This document shows positions 1-8,605 of a stretch of 14,537 nucleotides of DNA, in pieces (the stretch's first letter is position 1; every line of letters begins with the position of its first letter). The stretch is from the NCBI GenBank assembly GCA_044869275.1, contig JBIOXB010000237.1, positions 1-14,537 on the forward strand, in the 5' to 3' direction. This DNA comes from a bacterium. Lineage in GTDB: Bacteria > Zhuqueibacterota > Zhuqueibacteria > Zhuqueibacterales > Zhuqueibacteraceae. Below the pieces are notes generated by a model that was given only the letters and a program-made list of their open reading frames with translations, was not told the DNA's origin and made no database searches. The position numbers were made by a program, and so were the translations under genes.

Positions 1-14
1 CGCGCCTCGGGCCA

Positions 15-56
15 TCCCCCCGCCCCACCACCCGCAGGGTGGTGGGAGCGAGGAGA
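15..56 (-). other. Long GC-rich hairpin, structurally favoured on the minus strand
   Basis: Core CCCACCACCC (24-33) / GCA / GGGTGGTGGG (37-46). On the minus strand it extends to 19 bp with one bulge (47) and two G.U pairs. Confidence 0.5.
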
Positions 57-79
57 GTACCAAGCAGCGTCACAGCGAG

Positions 80-108
80 AATCCAATAAACATCTAAGAA
101 AGTGTCAA
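80..108 (-). promoter_or_regulatory. Possible leftward (divergent) sigma70-type promoter
   Basis: Perfect TTGACA on the minus strand (108-103), an AT-rich 17-nt spacer and a weak -10 TGGATT (85-80). Confidence 0.3.
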
Positions 109-230
109 CTAATTTCAGGACGAGACAGTGTAAGGTGCAATTCAAATACGCATCCATCATCCTCAGTTACTTTTGATGTAAAACTACTGGAGCAAAGGAC
201 CGTGGGAACCGTTAACGTGGATTCGCGCCG

Positions 231-238
231 AGAGGGAG
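231..238 (+). promoter_or_regulatory. Ribosome-binding site for gene 1
   Basis: AGAGGGAG immediately upstream of ATG 241 (GAGG 5 nt before the start). Confidence 0.6.
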
Positions 239-240
239 CC

Positions 241-3200
241 ATGGCTGAGAGCAGGAAGCGCTCTTTTTCGCGGAAGTTCTTTTCTGCCGCCGCTGCTTGC
301 GCCGCTGCTTGCGCCATGCTGCTCGGATTTGCTGCGCCGCATGCGCTGCTCGCACAGCAAAAGATCATGCCTTTGGGCAATTCCATTACCGAAGGCGTCG
401 GCTCGACCACCGAAGCAGGCTATCGCCAGCCCCTGTATGATTTGCTAACGAACGCCGGCGTTTCGTTCGACTTTGTCGGCAGTTTGCAGCACGGTAATGC
501 CAGTCTTCCCGACCAGGATCACGAAGGCCACGCCGGTATTCGCGCCGATGAATTGCAGGTGGCAAATTATCTCAGCGCCAATCCCGCCGACGCGGTTTTG
601 CTCGAAATCGGAACGAATGACATTTCCTCCAGCGAAAGCGCCGCGCAGGTGCGCGACGACATCTCCACTATTCTCGATGCCATCCAAGCATCACGGCCCT
701 CCGCGCGCACATATCTTTCCACGGTCATTCCCCGCACGGACAACAGTGCATTGCGAACCACAACGCAGAATTTAAATAATCTGTTGCCGGCATTAGTGCA
801 AAACAAGGTTACGGGCGGGCAGGACGTGGTGCTGGTTGACATTGCCGGACAATTTCTCGCCAATCCCAATTGGGACACCCAGTTGATGAGTGACACCAAG
901 CATCCCAACGACGACGGTTATGCGTTGATGGCGCAAGGATTTTTCGAGGCATTGCAGGGCGGCGGTAGCGGCAGCGAATTTGTCGATGATTTCAACCGCA
1001 GCTCGCTCGGCCCGGACTGGGCCGCGCACCCCGGTTTCGAAATCCAGAGTGGACAATTGGTGAACACTTCTACCACCGATGCTTGGAACAACCACCTTGC
1101 CATTCCCACGGTGATCGTCAATCCCAATGTTTTGGAATTCACCTACGGCTCGCTCGCGAATGCTGAAGGCCGCGAATTCACCTCTGCGGCCGTGATGCTC
1201 GACAATTCCACCACTACCGCCAACGGCTACATGGTCTTCCGCAACACCGGTTTTGCGCGTTTGTGGACTCTGGTAAACGGTGCGCCCGGAATAGAAGTGA
1301 TGCGCGTGAGCGGCGCACGGCCCGCACCTCAGGCCGGCGATGTGTTCAAAGTGGAATGGAACACGGACGCCGCGGCCCATCGTTTTGTGGTTTATTTGAA
1401 TGGCCAGGTCGACGCCACATTGAGTGATCCCGGAAAATTGCGGGGCAATACGCCGACGCAGTACGCCGGCATGCTGGTGCACGGCAACACCACGGACGGC
1501 GTGGATGATTTCCGCCTGGGCAGCAGCTCGGATTCCGAGCCGCCGGCGACAATCACCGACTTGGACGTCGCTTCCATCACCGCTTCTTCCGTGCAATTGA
1601 GCTGGACCGCGCCCGGTGACGACGGCGCCATCGGCGCCGCACGCGCGTACGATTTGCGCTACTCCACTTCGCCCATCAGCAGCGGCAATTTCAGCAACGC
1701 AACGGAAGTGCAAGGGCTCGGCAATCCCAGCGTGGCAGGCGTAATTGAAAACTTTATCGCGGGCGGCCTGCAAAGCGGCATACGCTATTACTTTGCGCTG
1801 CGCGCCAGCGACGAAGCCGGCAATTTCTCGGAAATCTCCAACGTCGTTGAGGCCACCACCGCCGCTTTGGTCACGAGCGCGGATGAATTCAACCGCACCG
1901 GACCGTCACTGGGCGCAAACTGGGCCGCGGACGCGCGCCTGCAAATCGTCAACAACGAAGTGCAGCACACCGCCACGCTGGATACGTGGAGCCCGGCGGT
2001 TTTCCAAAAGGGCCGCAACGCCCAGGAGGTTTCGATCCGGTTCGGCAACAACGCCACCACCTTCGGCGCGAATTTCGCCGGTATTTTGGTGATGGTCAAC
2101 GATTTCTCCGCCGCGCCCAGCGGCTACATGATTCAGCATTATAGTCAAAACGGCAGAACGCGCCTGTATCACATTCAAAATGGCAACGTGGATAATGCGC
2201 CGTTGATTAATGAGGGCCAGGCTTTCGGTCCGGCGCCGCAAGCCGGCAGTGTGATGACGGTGAGCATTCGCCGGGAAGCCGACGGGCATTATTTTGACGT
2301 CTACATCAATGGCCAATTCGACCGCACGCTAGTGGATGCGCAAAAGCGCGAGAACGGCACCTATTCCGGCTTTGTTTTGGAAAGTACGTTGGGCGCGGAA
2401 AATGCGATCACACGTTTCGTCGTGGGCGCACCGCCGGCCGATCCGGCGACTTTGCAATTGGCCGGCGGCAACAATCAATCCGCGCGCGCGGGCGAAAAGC
2501 TGGCGCAGCCTCTGCGGGTGAGACTGTTGGATGAATTCGCCAATCCCGTTGCCGGCGCGCAAGTGCAGTTCAAAGCGACGGTGGGACAGGCCTTCTTTTC
2601 GAAATCCGACGACAATATTCGCCTCGAAGCCGAAGCCGCGCAAATCAATGCGCCGTTGGTGACGGTCAATGACACCTCCGCTGCGGGCGGCAAATATCTG
2701 GTTTATCCCTCGCCGCAAGCTACGGCAGGCTCGGCAATTTTTACCTTCGACCTCCAAACCGCCGGCACTTATTACATTTGGACGCGCAGTTTGACGCCGG
2801 ACGCCTCCGGCCACGATTCGTGGATGGTCAGCGTCGATGGCGCGAATGCTTTCATCTATGACGTGTTTCAAGGTTCGCGCTCCCAGAATTGGGCCTGGGA
2901 TCAGTTGAGCCAGCGTGGCAACGGTCAGCCGGACAATCCGCAATTCGATCCCAAAACCTACAATTGGGAGGCGGGCGCGCACACCATCACGTTCGCAGGC
3001 CGCGCGCACGATACGCGCCTCGATAAGATTCTGATCACCAGCGATCCGGATTACGTCCCCGAAGGCAGGGAAGAAGGCGGCAATTTGACCGACAATAACG
3101 GCATTGCTTCCACCGAAGTCACGATGGGCAATCAGGTCGGACCGGTGGTGGTGGAAGCCAGTTTTGGCGCACTGGCGCCCGTGCTCTTCAATCTCACCGC

Positions 3201-6200
3201 GAAACCGGCTTTGCCCGGACAAATGGCGCTGGTTTCGGGCAACAATCAATCCGGGCCTGCGGGCCAGCCTTTGGCCCAGCCGTTCGTAGTCACGGTCTCC
3301 GACGGCTTCAGCAATCCCGTGCCGAACGGCGAAGTGGGCTGGGTGGTCACGCAAGGTAATGGCCAGCTTTCCTCTTATTTGACCAGGAGCGACAGCACCG
3401 GCAAAGCCGCGGTGCTCTTCAGCCCCGGCAACACCGCCGCTGCGAACAAAGTTGAAGCGCGCGCGGCGTTCACGAATCAGGCCATCACATTTTCCGCTAC
3501 CACAACCACCGGCATTGGTGCGCAAATCGCCTCAGTGAGCGGCAATGAGCAAACGGGCGGCGTGGCTTCATCTCTGGCGCAGCCCTTGGTCGTGCAGGTG
3601 AGCGACGCCAACGGCGTGGCGATCGCGCGTTTTCCGGTGGAATTCGTAACGCTGCGCGGCGGCGGCAGAACCACGGGCAACAATTCGATTGTCAATCCCA
3701 GCTTTCAAAGCGTGAGCAACGCTGTGCCCTCGGATTGGACGTTGGAAGGCACGCCCACGGCGCAGGAAGTAAAAATCTTCGAAGAGGGCGGGCATCGCGC
3801 GCTGTTGGTCGAGGCCACTCGCACCGGCGTCGGTGTGTCGCAGGGCGTGGGCTACGCCGCCAACAGCAACTACACGCTTTATTTTTGGGCCAAGGTGGAC
3901 AGCGGCACTCTACGCGTCACTTGGCGCATGAATGACGCGAGCGGAAATACCCAGGACAAAACCGTCGACATTACGCGGGCGGCGGCGGGCGCGGACTTTC
4001 AACTCTATGCGCTTTCCGCCAGCAATGGCCTTGCCGGATCGCGCAATTTATTTTTCCGCACGCAAGGCTTGGGAAAATTTTACGTCGATGACGTGAAGGT
4101 TGTGCCGAACACCGGCAGCGACGGCCGTGTGGCCGCAACTTGGACGCTCGGCGACACCACAGGCGTGCAGCAAGTGCAAGCCGTGGCACGCGGCAACAAT
4201 GCCGATCTCAGCGGTTCGCCGGTGCTTTTTTCCGCCACTGCCACCGCCGGCGCGGCGGCAAAATTGGTTGAAATCAGCGGCAACAATCAGCTCGCTTCTG
4301 CCGGCCAGCAGGCAGCGCCGTTGATCGTGCAAGTGGCGGACAATTTTGGCAACGGCGTGGCGGGGGTGAGCGTGCAGTTTCAGGTCACGGCCGGTGGCGG
4401 TGCTCTGAACAACAGCGGCACCACGGCTACCGTGGCCAGCGATGCCAACGGCCTGGCGAGCGCAGTGCTGACTTTGGGAGCGGCTGCAGGCGTCGACAAC
4501 ACCGTGCGGGCGAGCGCAAGCGGTTTGACCGGCAGCCCGATCAACTTCACCGTCAAGGCCGCGATCCCCGCCAATCTCGTGAAAGTATCTGGCGAGGGCC
4601 AGATCGTGACCGCCGGCGCATTGGCGCCGCAGCCCTTGGGCGTGCGCGTGACCGATGCGGGCAACAACGGCATTGCCGGCGTGGCGGTGGCTTTTTCCGT
4701 GTTGAGCGGCGGCGGCACGATCAATGGCAGCAGCAGCGCGGAAATTCGCACGAACACGCAAGGCGAAGCACCGGCGATGTTCGTGGCCGGCCCGGTCCCC
4801 GGAGGCTCGAGCACGGTGCGCGCAACCGCCACGTATAATAACCAGCCGCTCCAGGGTTCACCGCGCCAATTTACCGTGCGCACCGCGACGCTCAAAGCCA
4901 TGGTCCTGGTCTCCGGCAACAATCAAACCGGCAGCGCCGGTGATCCGCTGGTGAATGCTTTCAAAGTTTCATTGCTAGACACCCTCGACCACGGCGTGCC
5001 GCAGCAGGACATTACGTTCAGTGTCTTCGAAGGCAATGGCAAGCTCAACGGCACAGCCAGCGCTATTGCTTTGAAAACCGATTCCACCGGCGCGGCGAGC
5101 GTGAAACTCACGCTGGGCAATTTGCCCGGCACGAACAACAACAAAGTGCGCGCGCAAGCCGCCACCATTGTGAACGGCTCGCCGGTCATTTTTCAGGCCA
5201 GCGCCAAAGCCGGCGCACCATTCGTGCTGCAGAAAATTTCCGGTGACAGCCTTTCGGCCGTCGTGAACAATGCCGTGCCGGCACCGTTCGTGGTGAAAGT
5301 CACGGACAAGGTCGATAATCCTCTGGCCGGCGTGGAGGTAACATTCGAAGTGACCGCCGGCGGCGGCAGCATGAATGGCGCAATCAAAGACACGCTCAAA
5401 ACCAATGCGAGCGGCATCGCGCAAACGACGTTGACCGTCGGCAATACCTCCGGCCTGTTCAACAACCAAGTGCGCGTGCGCGCGTTCAACGGCACGCTGG
5501 AATTGAACAATTCGCCGCTGCTCTTCCGGGCCTCGGCCACGCCGAGCCGCGCGCGGGCGATGTTGCTGAGTGCCGGCAATCGCCAGAGCGGATTGGCGGG
5601 CGAAGCGCTGGCGCAAAGGCTGCGCGTGCGCGTGGTGGACGTACAAAACAATCCGGTGAAAGATCACGCCGTGCGCTTCCGTTCCACCGGCGTGGCGAAT
5701 GGCTCGTTCGCAAACGCCACCAGCCGCGACACGACGGTGATTTCCGATGCCAATGGGTATGCGCAAATCACCTGGCTGCTCGGCAGCGCCGTGCGACCCG
5801 ATAGCCAAACTGTGAGCGCGAGCGCCAACGATGGCGTGCAAGCGTTGCAAGGCTCGCCTGCCACCTTTGTGGGCTATGCCGTGCCGGGCCTGCCCAATGC
5901 CATCGCCTCGAGCATTGCGGCGAATAGTCCGGTGCTGGCAAACGGCCAGGCGAAGGCAAACGTCACCGTCACCGTGCGCGACAAATTTGGCAACGCGATT
6001 GCCGACCGCAAGGTCACGCTGGTGGTTTCCGGCAGCTTGAATGACATCGTGCAACCGAACAGCAACACCGATGCACAAGGCCGCGCCACCGGCACGGTCG
6101 CCTCCACCAAAGCGGAAACCAAGGTAATCACCGCGAAAGTGGATGATATCTACACTCTGGGCGTGGGCGCGCCAGTTCGCTTTGAAGCTTTGGCGGCCTC

Positions 6201-8550
6201 ACAAATCATTGCGCACAGCGGCAACAACCAAACCGGCAACATCAACACCGCATTGCTGCAGCCTCTGGCCGTGCGCGTGGAGGATGATTTCCGCAACGGC
6301 GTGAAAGGCATCACGGTGAATTTCTCGGTGGATGCCGGCGGCGGGCGCATCTCCGGTCCGGCTACCGTGGTCACGGATTCGAATGGCGTCGCCGGCGTCA
6401 TGTACGTGCTCGGCCAGAATCGCGTGGAAAACCGCGTGCGCGCGACTTCCACGGGACTGCGCAATTCGCCGGTCATTTTCGTGGCCAATGCGGTGAATCA
6501 AATCGCGCGCAAGCTGGTGGCGACGGCGGGCAACAATCAAACCGGCGTGATTTTGGAAAATCTACCCAGGCCTTTGACCGTGCGCGTCACCGATCAAAAT
6601 GACCGCCCGGTGTTCGGCACGGCGGTGAATTTTGAAGTGACTTTCGGCGGCGGCCAGGTCAACGGCGGCCAGCAAGCAGTGGTGAATACGAATGAATTTG
6701 GCGAGGCGAGCGTGACTTGGCGTTTGGGCAACACCGCCGGCACCAACGTGGTGCGCGCCAGTTCAGGCAGTTTGATCGGCTCGCCGCTGGATTTTCAGGC
6801 GCAAGCACAAACCGGCGCGCCGGCCAATCTGGTGATGCAAAGCGGCAACGGTGCCGCCGGCGTTGTGAATCAGGAATTGGTCACGCCGCTGATGGTGCGG
6901 GTGACGGATGCCACCAACAACGGCGTCGATGGCGTGCCCGTGTTCTTTGAACTGATTCAAGGCAGCGGCCAGCTTTCGCCCACCGTGGTGTACTCGGCGA
7001 ACGGCGGTTTTGCCTCGACCAAGATCACTTTTGGCAATGAAAGCGGCGACCGCCGCGTGCGGGCAAGCGCGCAGAGACTGAACGGCTCGCCGTTGTTCTT
7101 CACCGTGACTGCGCGCGCTGCAAACGCGACGGCAATGCAGGCCGTCACGCGCACCAACAATCAACGCGGCACCACCGGCCTGCCGTTGAATTTCCCGCTG
7201 CAAGTGAAGATTACCGACGCGTTCGGCAATCCCATCAGCGGCGTGAATGTCGATTTTCTCGTGAAACGTGGCGGCGGCAACCTGGGCGGCAGTCCGACAC
7301 AGACGGTCGCGAGCGATGCCCAGGGCCTCGCGCAGGTGCCATGGACGGTCGGCCCCGGCCGCAATGAAGCCGAAGCACTCAGCGCAGGGTTGGCGGGCTC
7401 GCCCGTGCAGTTCGTGGCCACCGGCGTCTCCGGCAATTACTTCCCAATCTTTGCGGAGGTGCAAGACCAAAACGTGCTGGAAGGTGATCGCCTCGAATTG
7501 GTTCTGAATGCGATCGACGCGGACAACGATCCCGTTCGTTACGGCGCGTCGAATCTGCCGCCGGGGGCGGTGTTCGATTCGCTCGGCACGCGCATTTTTA
7601 CCTGGAAGACGGATGAGAACAGCGGCGGCCGGTATGAAGTCAGCTTTTTTGCGTATGACAATCGCGGCGGGGTTGATGAAGAATTGGTCATCATCACGGT
7701 GGCAAACGTCAACCGCCCGCCGGTGATCGTGAGCCGCTCGCCGCGCGGCGGCACAGTTCCGGACACCGCCATCGCCGGCGGCACGATCACAATGAGTGTC
7801 ATCGCGCAAGATCCCGATAACGACGTGCTGAGTTACCGCTGGCTGGCCAACGGCCAAATGACCAACACCATCACTAGCACCTTCGTGTTCGGCAGCGAAA
7901 TCAAATGGAGTTACGTCGAAGCATGGGTGTTCGATCAAACCGATACGGTGAAAACCGCGTGGTACATCAAAACCCCGGTGCAGATGCAGGCCTTTACCGC
8001 GACCGCCCTGGCCAGCAACCAGATTCAATTGGAATGGCAAACCGCGGCTCAAATCAACAGCGCCGGCTTCAACGTATTGCGCAGCCGCAGCTCCTCCGGC
8101 AATTATCAGCGCCTCAATGCGGAATTGATTCCGGCGAATAGCGAAGGCCGCTACACCTACGCCGACGCCGAGGTGCAAGCCAACGAGCGCTATTTCTACA
8201 AGCTCGAAGAAATAGACATGCAAGGCAATGCCACGCTGCACGGCCCAATTTCGGCAACGGTGGCCGCACCCATGACCTTCGAGCTGATGCAGAATTATCC
8301 GAACCCGTTCAACCCGACGACGAAGATCAGTTACTCCGTGCCGCGCGACGTGCAGGTGAAGCTGACGATCTACAACCTGCTCGGCCAGTCTGTGCGCGAG
8401 CTGGTTAATGAAACGCAAAGAGCCGGATTCCACACGCAAGTGTGGGACGGGCGCGATGCCAACGGCGGCTTGCTGCCTTCCGGCTTGTACATCTATCGCC
8501 TCGAGGCAGGTGACTTTAGAGCGGTGAAGCGGATGATGTTGATGAAATAA
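241..8550 (+). CDS. Giant secreted modular SGNH/GDSL esterase-adhesin (SGNH + 2 ConA-like sandwiches + FN3 + 13 Big_1/invasin-like Ig repeats with 2 inserted CBM-like domains + Ig domains + T9SS type-A/FlgD-like C-terminal domain), 2769 aa
   Basis: Uninterrupted ORF (track 202..8550). ATG 241 preferred: AGAGGGAG at 231-238 and a basic/hydrophobic signal peptide MAESRKRSFSRKFFSAAAACAAACAMLLGFAAPHALLA|QQ. Domain motifs are listed in the sub-features. Confidence 0.95.
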   Translation: MAESRKRSFSRKFFSAAAACAAACAMLLGFAAPHALLAQQKIMPLGNSITEGVGSTTEAGYRQPLYDLLTNAGVSFDFVGSLQHGNASLPDQDHEGHAGIRADELQVANYLSANPADAVLLEIGTNDISSSESAAQVRDDISTILDAIQASRPSARTYLSTVIPRTDNSALRTTTQNLNNLLPALVQNKVTGGQDVVLVDIAGQFLANPNWDTQLMSDTKHPNDDGYALMAQGFFEALQGGGSGSEFVDDFNRSSLGPDWAAHPGFEIQSGQLVNTSTTDAWNNHLAIPTVIVNPNVLEFTYGSLANAEGREFTSAAVMLDNSTTTANGYMVFRNTGFARLWTLVNGAPGIEVMRVSGARPAPQAGDVFKVEWNTDAAAHRFVVYLNGQVDATLSDPGKLRGNTPTQYAGMLVHGNTTDGVDDFRLGSSSDSEPPATITDLDVASITASSVQLSWTAPGDDGAIGAARAYDLRYSTSPISSGNFSNATEVQGLGNPSVAGVIENFIAGGLQSGIRYYFALRASDEAGNFSEISNVVEATTAALVTSADEFNRTGPSLGANWAADARLQIVNNEVQHTATLDTWSPAVFQKGRNAQEVSIRFGNNATTFGANFAGILVMVNDFSAAPSGYMIQHYSQNGRTRLYHIQNGNVDNAPLINEGQAFGPAPQAGSVMTVSIRREADGHYFDVYINGQFDRTLVDAQKRENGTYSGFVLESTLGAENAITRFVVGAPPADPATLQLAGGNNQSARAGEKLAQPLRVRLLDEFANPVAGAQVQFKATVGQAFFSKSDDNIRLEAEAAQINAPLVTVNDTSAAGGKYLVYPSPQATAGSAIFTFDLQTAGTYYIWTRSLTPDASGHDSWMVSVDGANAFIYDVFQGSRSQNWAWDQLSQRGNGQPDNPQFDPKTYNWEAGAHTITFAGRAHDTRLDKILITSDPDYVPEGREEGGNLTDNNGIASTEVTMGNQVGPVVVEASFGALAPVLFNLTAKPALPGQMALVSGNNQSGPAGQPLAQPFVVTVSDGFSNPVPNGEVGWVVTQGNGQLSSYLTRSDSTGKAAVLFSPGNTAAANKVEARAAFTNQAITFSATTTTGIGAQIASVSGNEQTGGVASSLAQPLVVQVSDANGVAIARFPVEFVTLRGGGRTTGNNSIVNPSFQSVSNAVPSDWTLEGTPTAQEVKIFEEGGHRALLVEATRTGVGVSQGVGYAANSNYTLYFWAKVDSGTLRVTWRMNDASGNTQDKTVDITRAAAGADFQLYALSASNGLAGSRNLFFRTQGLGKFYVDDVKVVPNTGSDGRVAATWTLGDTTGVQQVQAVARGNNADLSGSPVLFSATATAGAAAKLVEISGNNQLASAGQQAAPLIVQVADNFGNGVAGVSVQFQVTAGGGALNNSGTTATVASDANGLASAVLTLGAAAGVDNTVRASASGLTGSPINFTVKAAIPANLVKVSGEGQIVTAGALAPQPLGVRVTDAGNNGIAGVAVAFSVLSGGGTINGSSSAEIRTNTQGEAPAMFVAGPVPGGSSTVRATATYNNQPLQGSPRQFTVRTATLKAMVLVSGNNQTGSAGDPLVNAFKVSLLDTLDHGVPQQDITFSVFEGNGKLNGTASAIALKTDSTGAASVKLTLGNLPGTNNNKVRAQAATIVNGSPVIFQASAKAGAPFVLQKISGDSLSAVVNNAVPAPFVVKVTDKVDNPLAGVEVTFEVTAGGGSMNGAIKDTLKTNASGIAQTTLTVGNTSGLFNNQVRVRAFNGTLELNNSPLLFRASATPSRARAMLLSAGNRQSGLAGEALAQRLRVRVVDVQNNPVKDHAVRFRSTGVANGSFANATSRDTTVISDANGYAQITWLLGSAVRPDSQTVSASANDGVQALQGSPATFVGYAVPGLPNAIASSIAANSPVLANGQAKANVTVTVRDKFGNAIADRKVTLVVSGSLNDIVQPNSNTDAQGRATGTVASTKAETKVITAKVDDIYTLGVGAPVRFEALAASQIIAHSGNNQTGNINTALLQPLAVRVEDDFRNGVKGITVNFSVDAGGGRISGPATVVTDSNGVAGVMYVLGQNRVENRVRATSTGLRNSPVIFVANAVNQIARKLVATAGNNQTGVILENLPRPLTVRVTDQNDRPVFGTAVNFEVTFGGGQVNGGQQAVVNTNEFGEASVTWRLGNTAGTNVVRASSGSLIGSPLDFQAQAQTGAPANLVMQSGNGAAGVVNQELVTPLMVRVTDATNNGVDGVPVFFELIQGSGQLSPTVVYSANGGFASTKITFGNESGDRRVRASAQRLNGSPLFFTVTARAANATAMQAVTRTNNQRGTTGLPLNFPLQVKITDAFGNPISGVNVDFLVKRGGGNLGGSPTQTVASDAQGLAQVPWTVGPGRNEAEALSAGLAGSPVQFVATGVSGNYFPIFAEVQDQNVLEGDRLELVLNAIDADNDPVRYGASNLPPGAVFDSLGTRIFTWKTDENSGGRYEVSFFAYDNRGGVDEELVIITVANVNRPPVIVSRSPRGGTVPDTAIAGGTITMSVIAQDPDNDVLSYRWLANGQMTNTITSTFVFGSEIKWSYVEAWVFDQTDTVKTAWYIKTPVQMQAFTATALASNQIQLEWQTAAQINSAGFNVLRSRSSSGNYQRLNAELIPANSEGRYTYADAEVQANERYFYKLEEIDMQGNATLHGPISATVAAPMTFELMQNYPNPFNPTTKISYSVPRDVQVKLTIYNLLGQSVRELVNETQRAGFHTQVWDGRDANGGLLPSGLYIYRLEAGDFRAVKRMMLMK
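361..957 (+). other. SGNH/GDSL hydrolase domain (CE3/XynB-like subtype) in gene 1
   Basis: Block I KIMPLGNSIT (G-N-S at 376-384), GYR...FDFVGS...HEGHAG, block III IGTND (607-621), block V DTKHPN (D-x-x-H, 892-903). Confidence 0.9.
976..2427 (+). repeat. Two homologous ~180-aa D[DE]FNR beta-sandwich (ConA/lectin-like) domains (976-1521, 1876-2427) flanking an FN3 domain (1531-1860)
   Basis: Shared motifs in both copies: D(D/E)FNR..LG..WAA, GYM, RL....NG, PAPQAG.V..V, H.F.VY.NGQ.D.TL.D..K, Y.G. FN3 motifs: LSWTAPGDDG...YDLRYS...GL..G.RYYFAL.A.DEAGN.S. Confidence 0.75.
2431..7428 (+). repeat. Array of 13 intimin/invasin-type bacterial Ig-like (Big_1-like) domains
   Basis: Twelve units begin with SGNNQ-like motifs and contain PL.V.V.D..gN.V.G..V.F.V..GGG...T...G.A...TLG...G.N.V.A....GSP..F.A. 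One unit (5893-6189, SSIAANSPVLANGQAKANVTVTVRDKFGNAI) is of the invasin D3 type. Confidence 0.85.
7435..8268 (+). other. Cadherin/He_PIG-like Ig domain, a second Ig domain, and a 'PVEL..F'-type FN3-like domain preceding the C-terminal sorting domain
   Basis: NY.P.F....DQ.V.EG..L...L.A.D.DND...Y...NLP.GA.FD.....FTW (7435-7710). TPVQMQAFTA......I.LEWQTA.Q.NSAGFNVLRS...YTY.D......YFYKL...D..G (7972-8268). Confidence 0.7.
8269..8547 (+). other. T9SS type-A (Por secretion) C-terminal sorting / FlgD-Ig-like domain
   Basis: P.TFEL.QNYPNPFNPTT.I.Y......V.L.IYN.LGQ.VR.LV......G.H...WDGRD..G..LPSG.YIYRL.AG.F...KRM.LMK at the extreme C-terminus. Confidence 0.9.
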
Positions 8551-8557
8551 TTCTGGC

Positions 8558-8588
8558 ACTGACTGGTCGCCGTTAGCGGCCGGTCAGT
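8558..8588 (+). other. 13-bp RNA hairpin immediately after the gene 1 stop codon
   Basis: ACTGACTGGTCGC (8558-8570) / loop CGTTA / GCGGCCGGTCAGT (8576-8588): 11 Watson-Crick plus 2 G.U pairs on the + strand; no U-tract. Confidence 0.65.
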
Positions 8589-8605
8589 AAGCCCGCAACG
8601 ATAGC

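Noticed and set aside
202..240. GTG start at 202 used by the ORF track
   Set aside because: It adds 13 residues to an already long signal peptide, and ATG 241 has a purine-rich RBS. Not fully excluded, since a GGAG lies at 189-192.
250..312. Tat motif (SRKFF) or lipobox (AAAC) in the gene 1 leader
   Set aside because: There is no twin Arg. The lipobox lacks L/V/I at -3 and the hydrophobic core continues after the Cys. ALLA|QQ plus a T9SS-type tail fits Sec/SPI better.
376..384. GNS instead of GDS as a sign of an inactive esterase
   Set aside because: The nucleophilic Ser, GTND and DxxH are all intact, and GNS variants are known among SGNH hydrolases.
6763..8559. 598-aa minus-strand ORF and the many other antisense or alternate-frame ORFs (e.g. 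793-1773, 2329-3525, 4975-6078, 11053-11673)
   Set aside because: They overlap the two well-supported + strand genes, have no recognisable motifs, and are the shadow ORFs expected from GC-rich codon bias.
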